From NCBI RefSeq assembly GCF_006345805.1, contig NC_042999.1, forward strand, positions 70,432,001 through 70,496,000: a DNA stretch of 64,000 bases, read 5' to 3'. Source of the DNA: Octopus sinensis (taxonomy: Eukaryota). The notes beneath the pieces were generated by a model. That model was not told the DNA's origin and searched no databases. It saw only the letters and a list, made by a program, of their open reading frames with translations. Positions 63,077 through 64,000 of this stretch are shown here, piece by piece (position 1 is the first letter of the stretch; each line of letters begins with the position of its first letter). Position numbers and translations under genes: made by a program.

Positions 63077-64000
63077 TATACAGAAGATCACGAAGATATG
63101 CTTTAATATAGATGTACAACACTGGTTTATGCAAGTACATGCATGCAATCACATGTGTGCACACACACATGTACACACAGCAATGTTTCGTTTCTTCATG
63201 TCAGCATATAAATTAGCAATTTGGTAAATATAATTCAATGAAACAACAAAACAAATAGAGGACTGAAATTAGTAGGAGATGGTGGCATTAATGTGATAGA
63301 CTAAAACCTTTGATGGCAAATGCCCCCACCCCCCACCCCCAACAGCATGGTCACAGTCCAATGACTGCAACCAGTGAGAATAAAACAAAAGCATAAAAGT
63401 GCAACTTCCTCCTAACACCCATTGAAAGTTGATCTCCTTTTAATATCATATTCTGTTTAACTATACAACTTTTTAACAGTCTTTTATACTTCTGTTTACT
63501 TTTATTCAAAACCTCACATTTAACCTTACATTTTGTTTCACATGACTTATAATACTATTTCAGTCTGTTCTATTCCAGCCATCTTAGTTCCACTGCTTAT
63601 TTTCAAGTCTGCCTGCCTCAATGAAGAAAGCTATTCTTTCTTGTTTGAAGTGGTATGCTGGTTGCATTCATTACTCAAATTGGGTTATAAAAAACATGCA
63701 GTTCACTAGGTCTTTTCATTTGCCATACTTATAAATAAAGATAAGATAAAATTAGGTTTTAATGATATTAACCTACATCAGAACTTGCCACTGTTTTCTA
63801 TATTCCAATCCATCTTTCACTCCATCTTTTCTAGTTATCTATCTGTCTTTTTTTTAATTCCTACTTTTATCTTTCCATTTTTCTATCAGCTTTGCATTTT
63901 TGCATTTTGCTTTTTTTATATCTTCTTAAATTGAAGAATTTAGACATGCATCAGTCTGAAGCAGCAGGGTGCTAGGTTACCAACTGAAGGACTTATTGTT

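Overview
AT-rich, repeat-dense eukaryotic DNA. The repeat content (TA microsatellites, RTE-type (GAT)n tails, tRNA-headed SINEs) suggests a coleoid cephalopod, probably Octopus; this is an inference. Two convergent spliced genes could be reconstructed by hand with consistent intron phases. ORC2 is on the + strand (14 coding exons, 5567-31347, about 598 aa). KGD4/MRPS36 is on the - strand (4 coding exons, 45232-34613, 86 aa, with a GC-AG intron and a candidate 24-nt microexon). The remainder is decayed mobile DNA: a Penelope-like element (PLE), a non-autonomous Helitron, mariner/Tc1 relics, hAT and piggyBac-type MITEs, RTE, Jockey/CR1 and RLE-type LINEs, Gypsy fragments and several SINE families. 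The most notable observation is a ~560-bp palindrome at 52835-53420. It has two back-to-back tRNA-like Pol III heads, each followed by a decayed minimal hammerhead-ribozyme motif, and it ends in 54 bp identical to the cap on the Penelope element at 1289-1342. It is a candidate Penelope-mobilised, tRNA-headed hammerhead element. Most entries in the ORF track are microsatellite or repeat artefacts.
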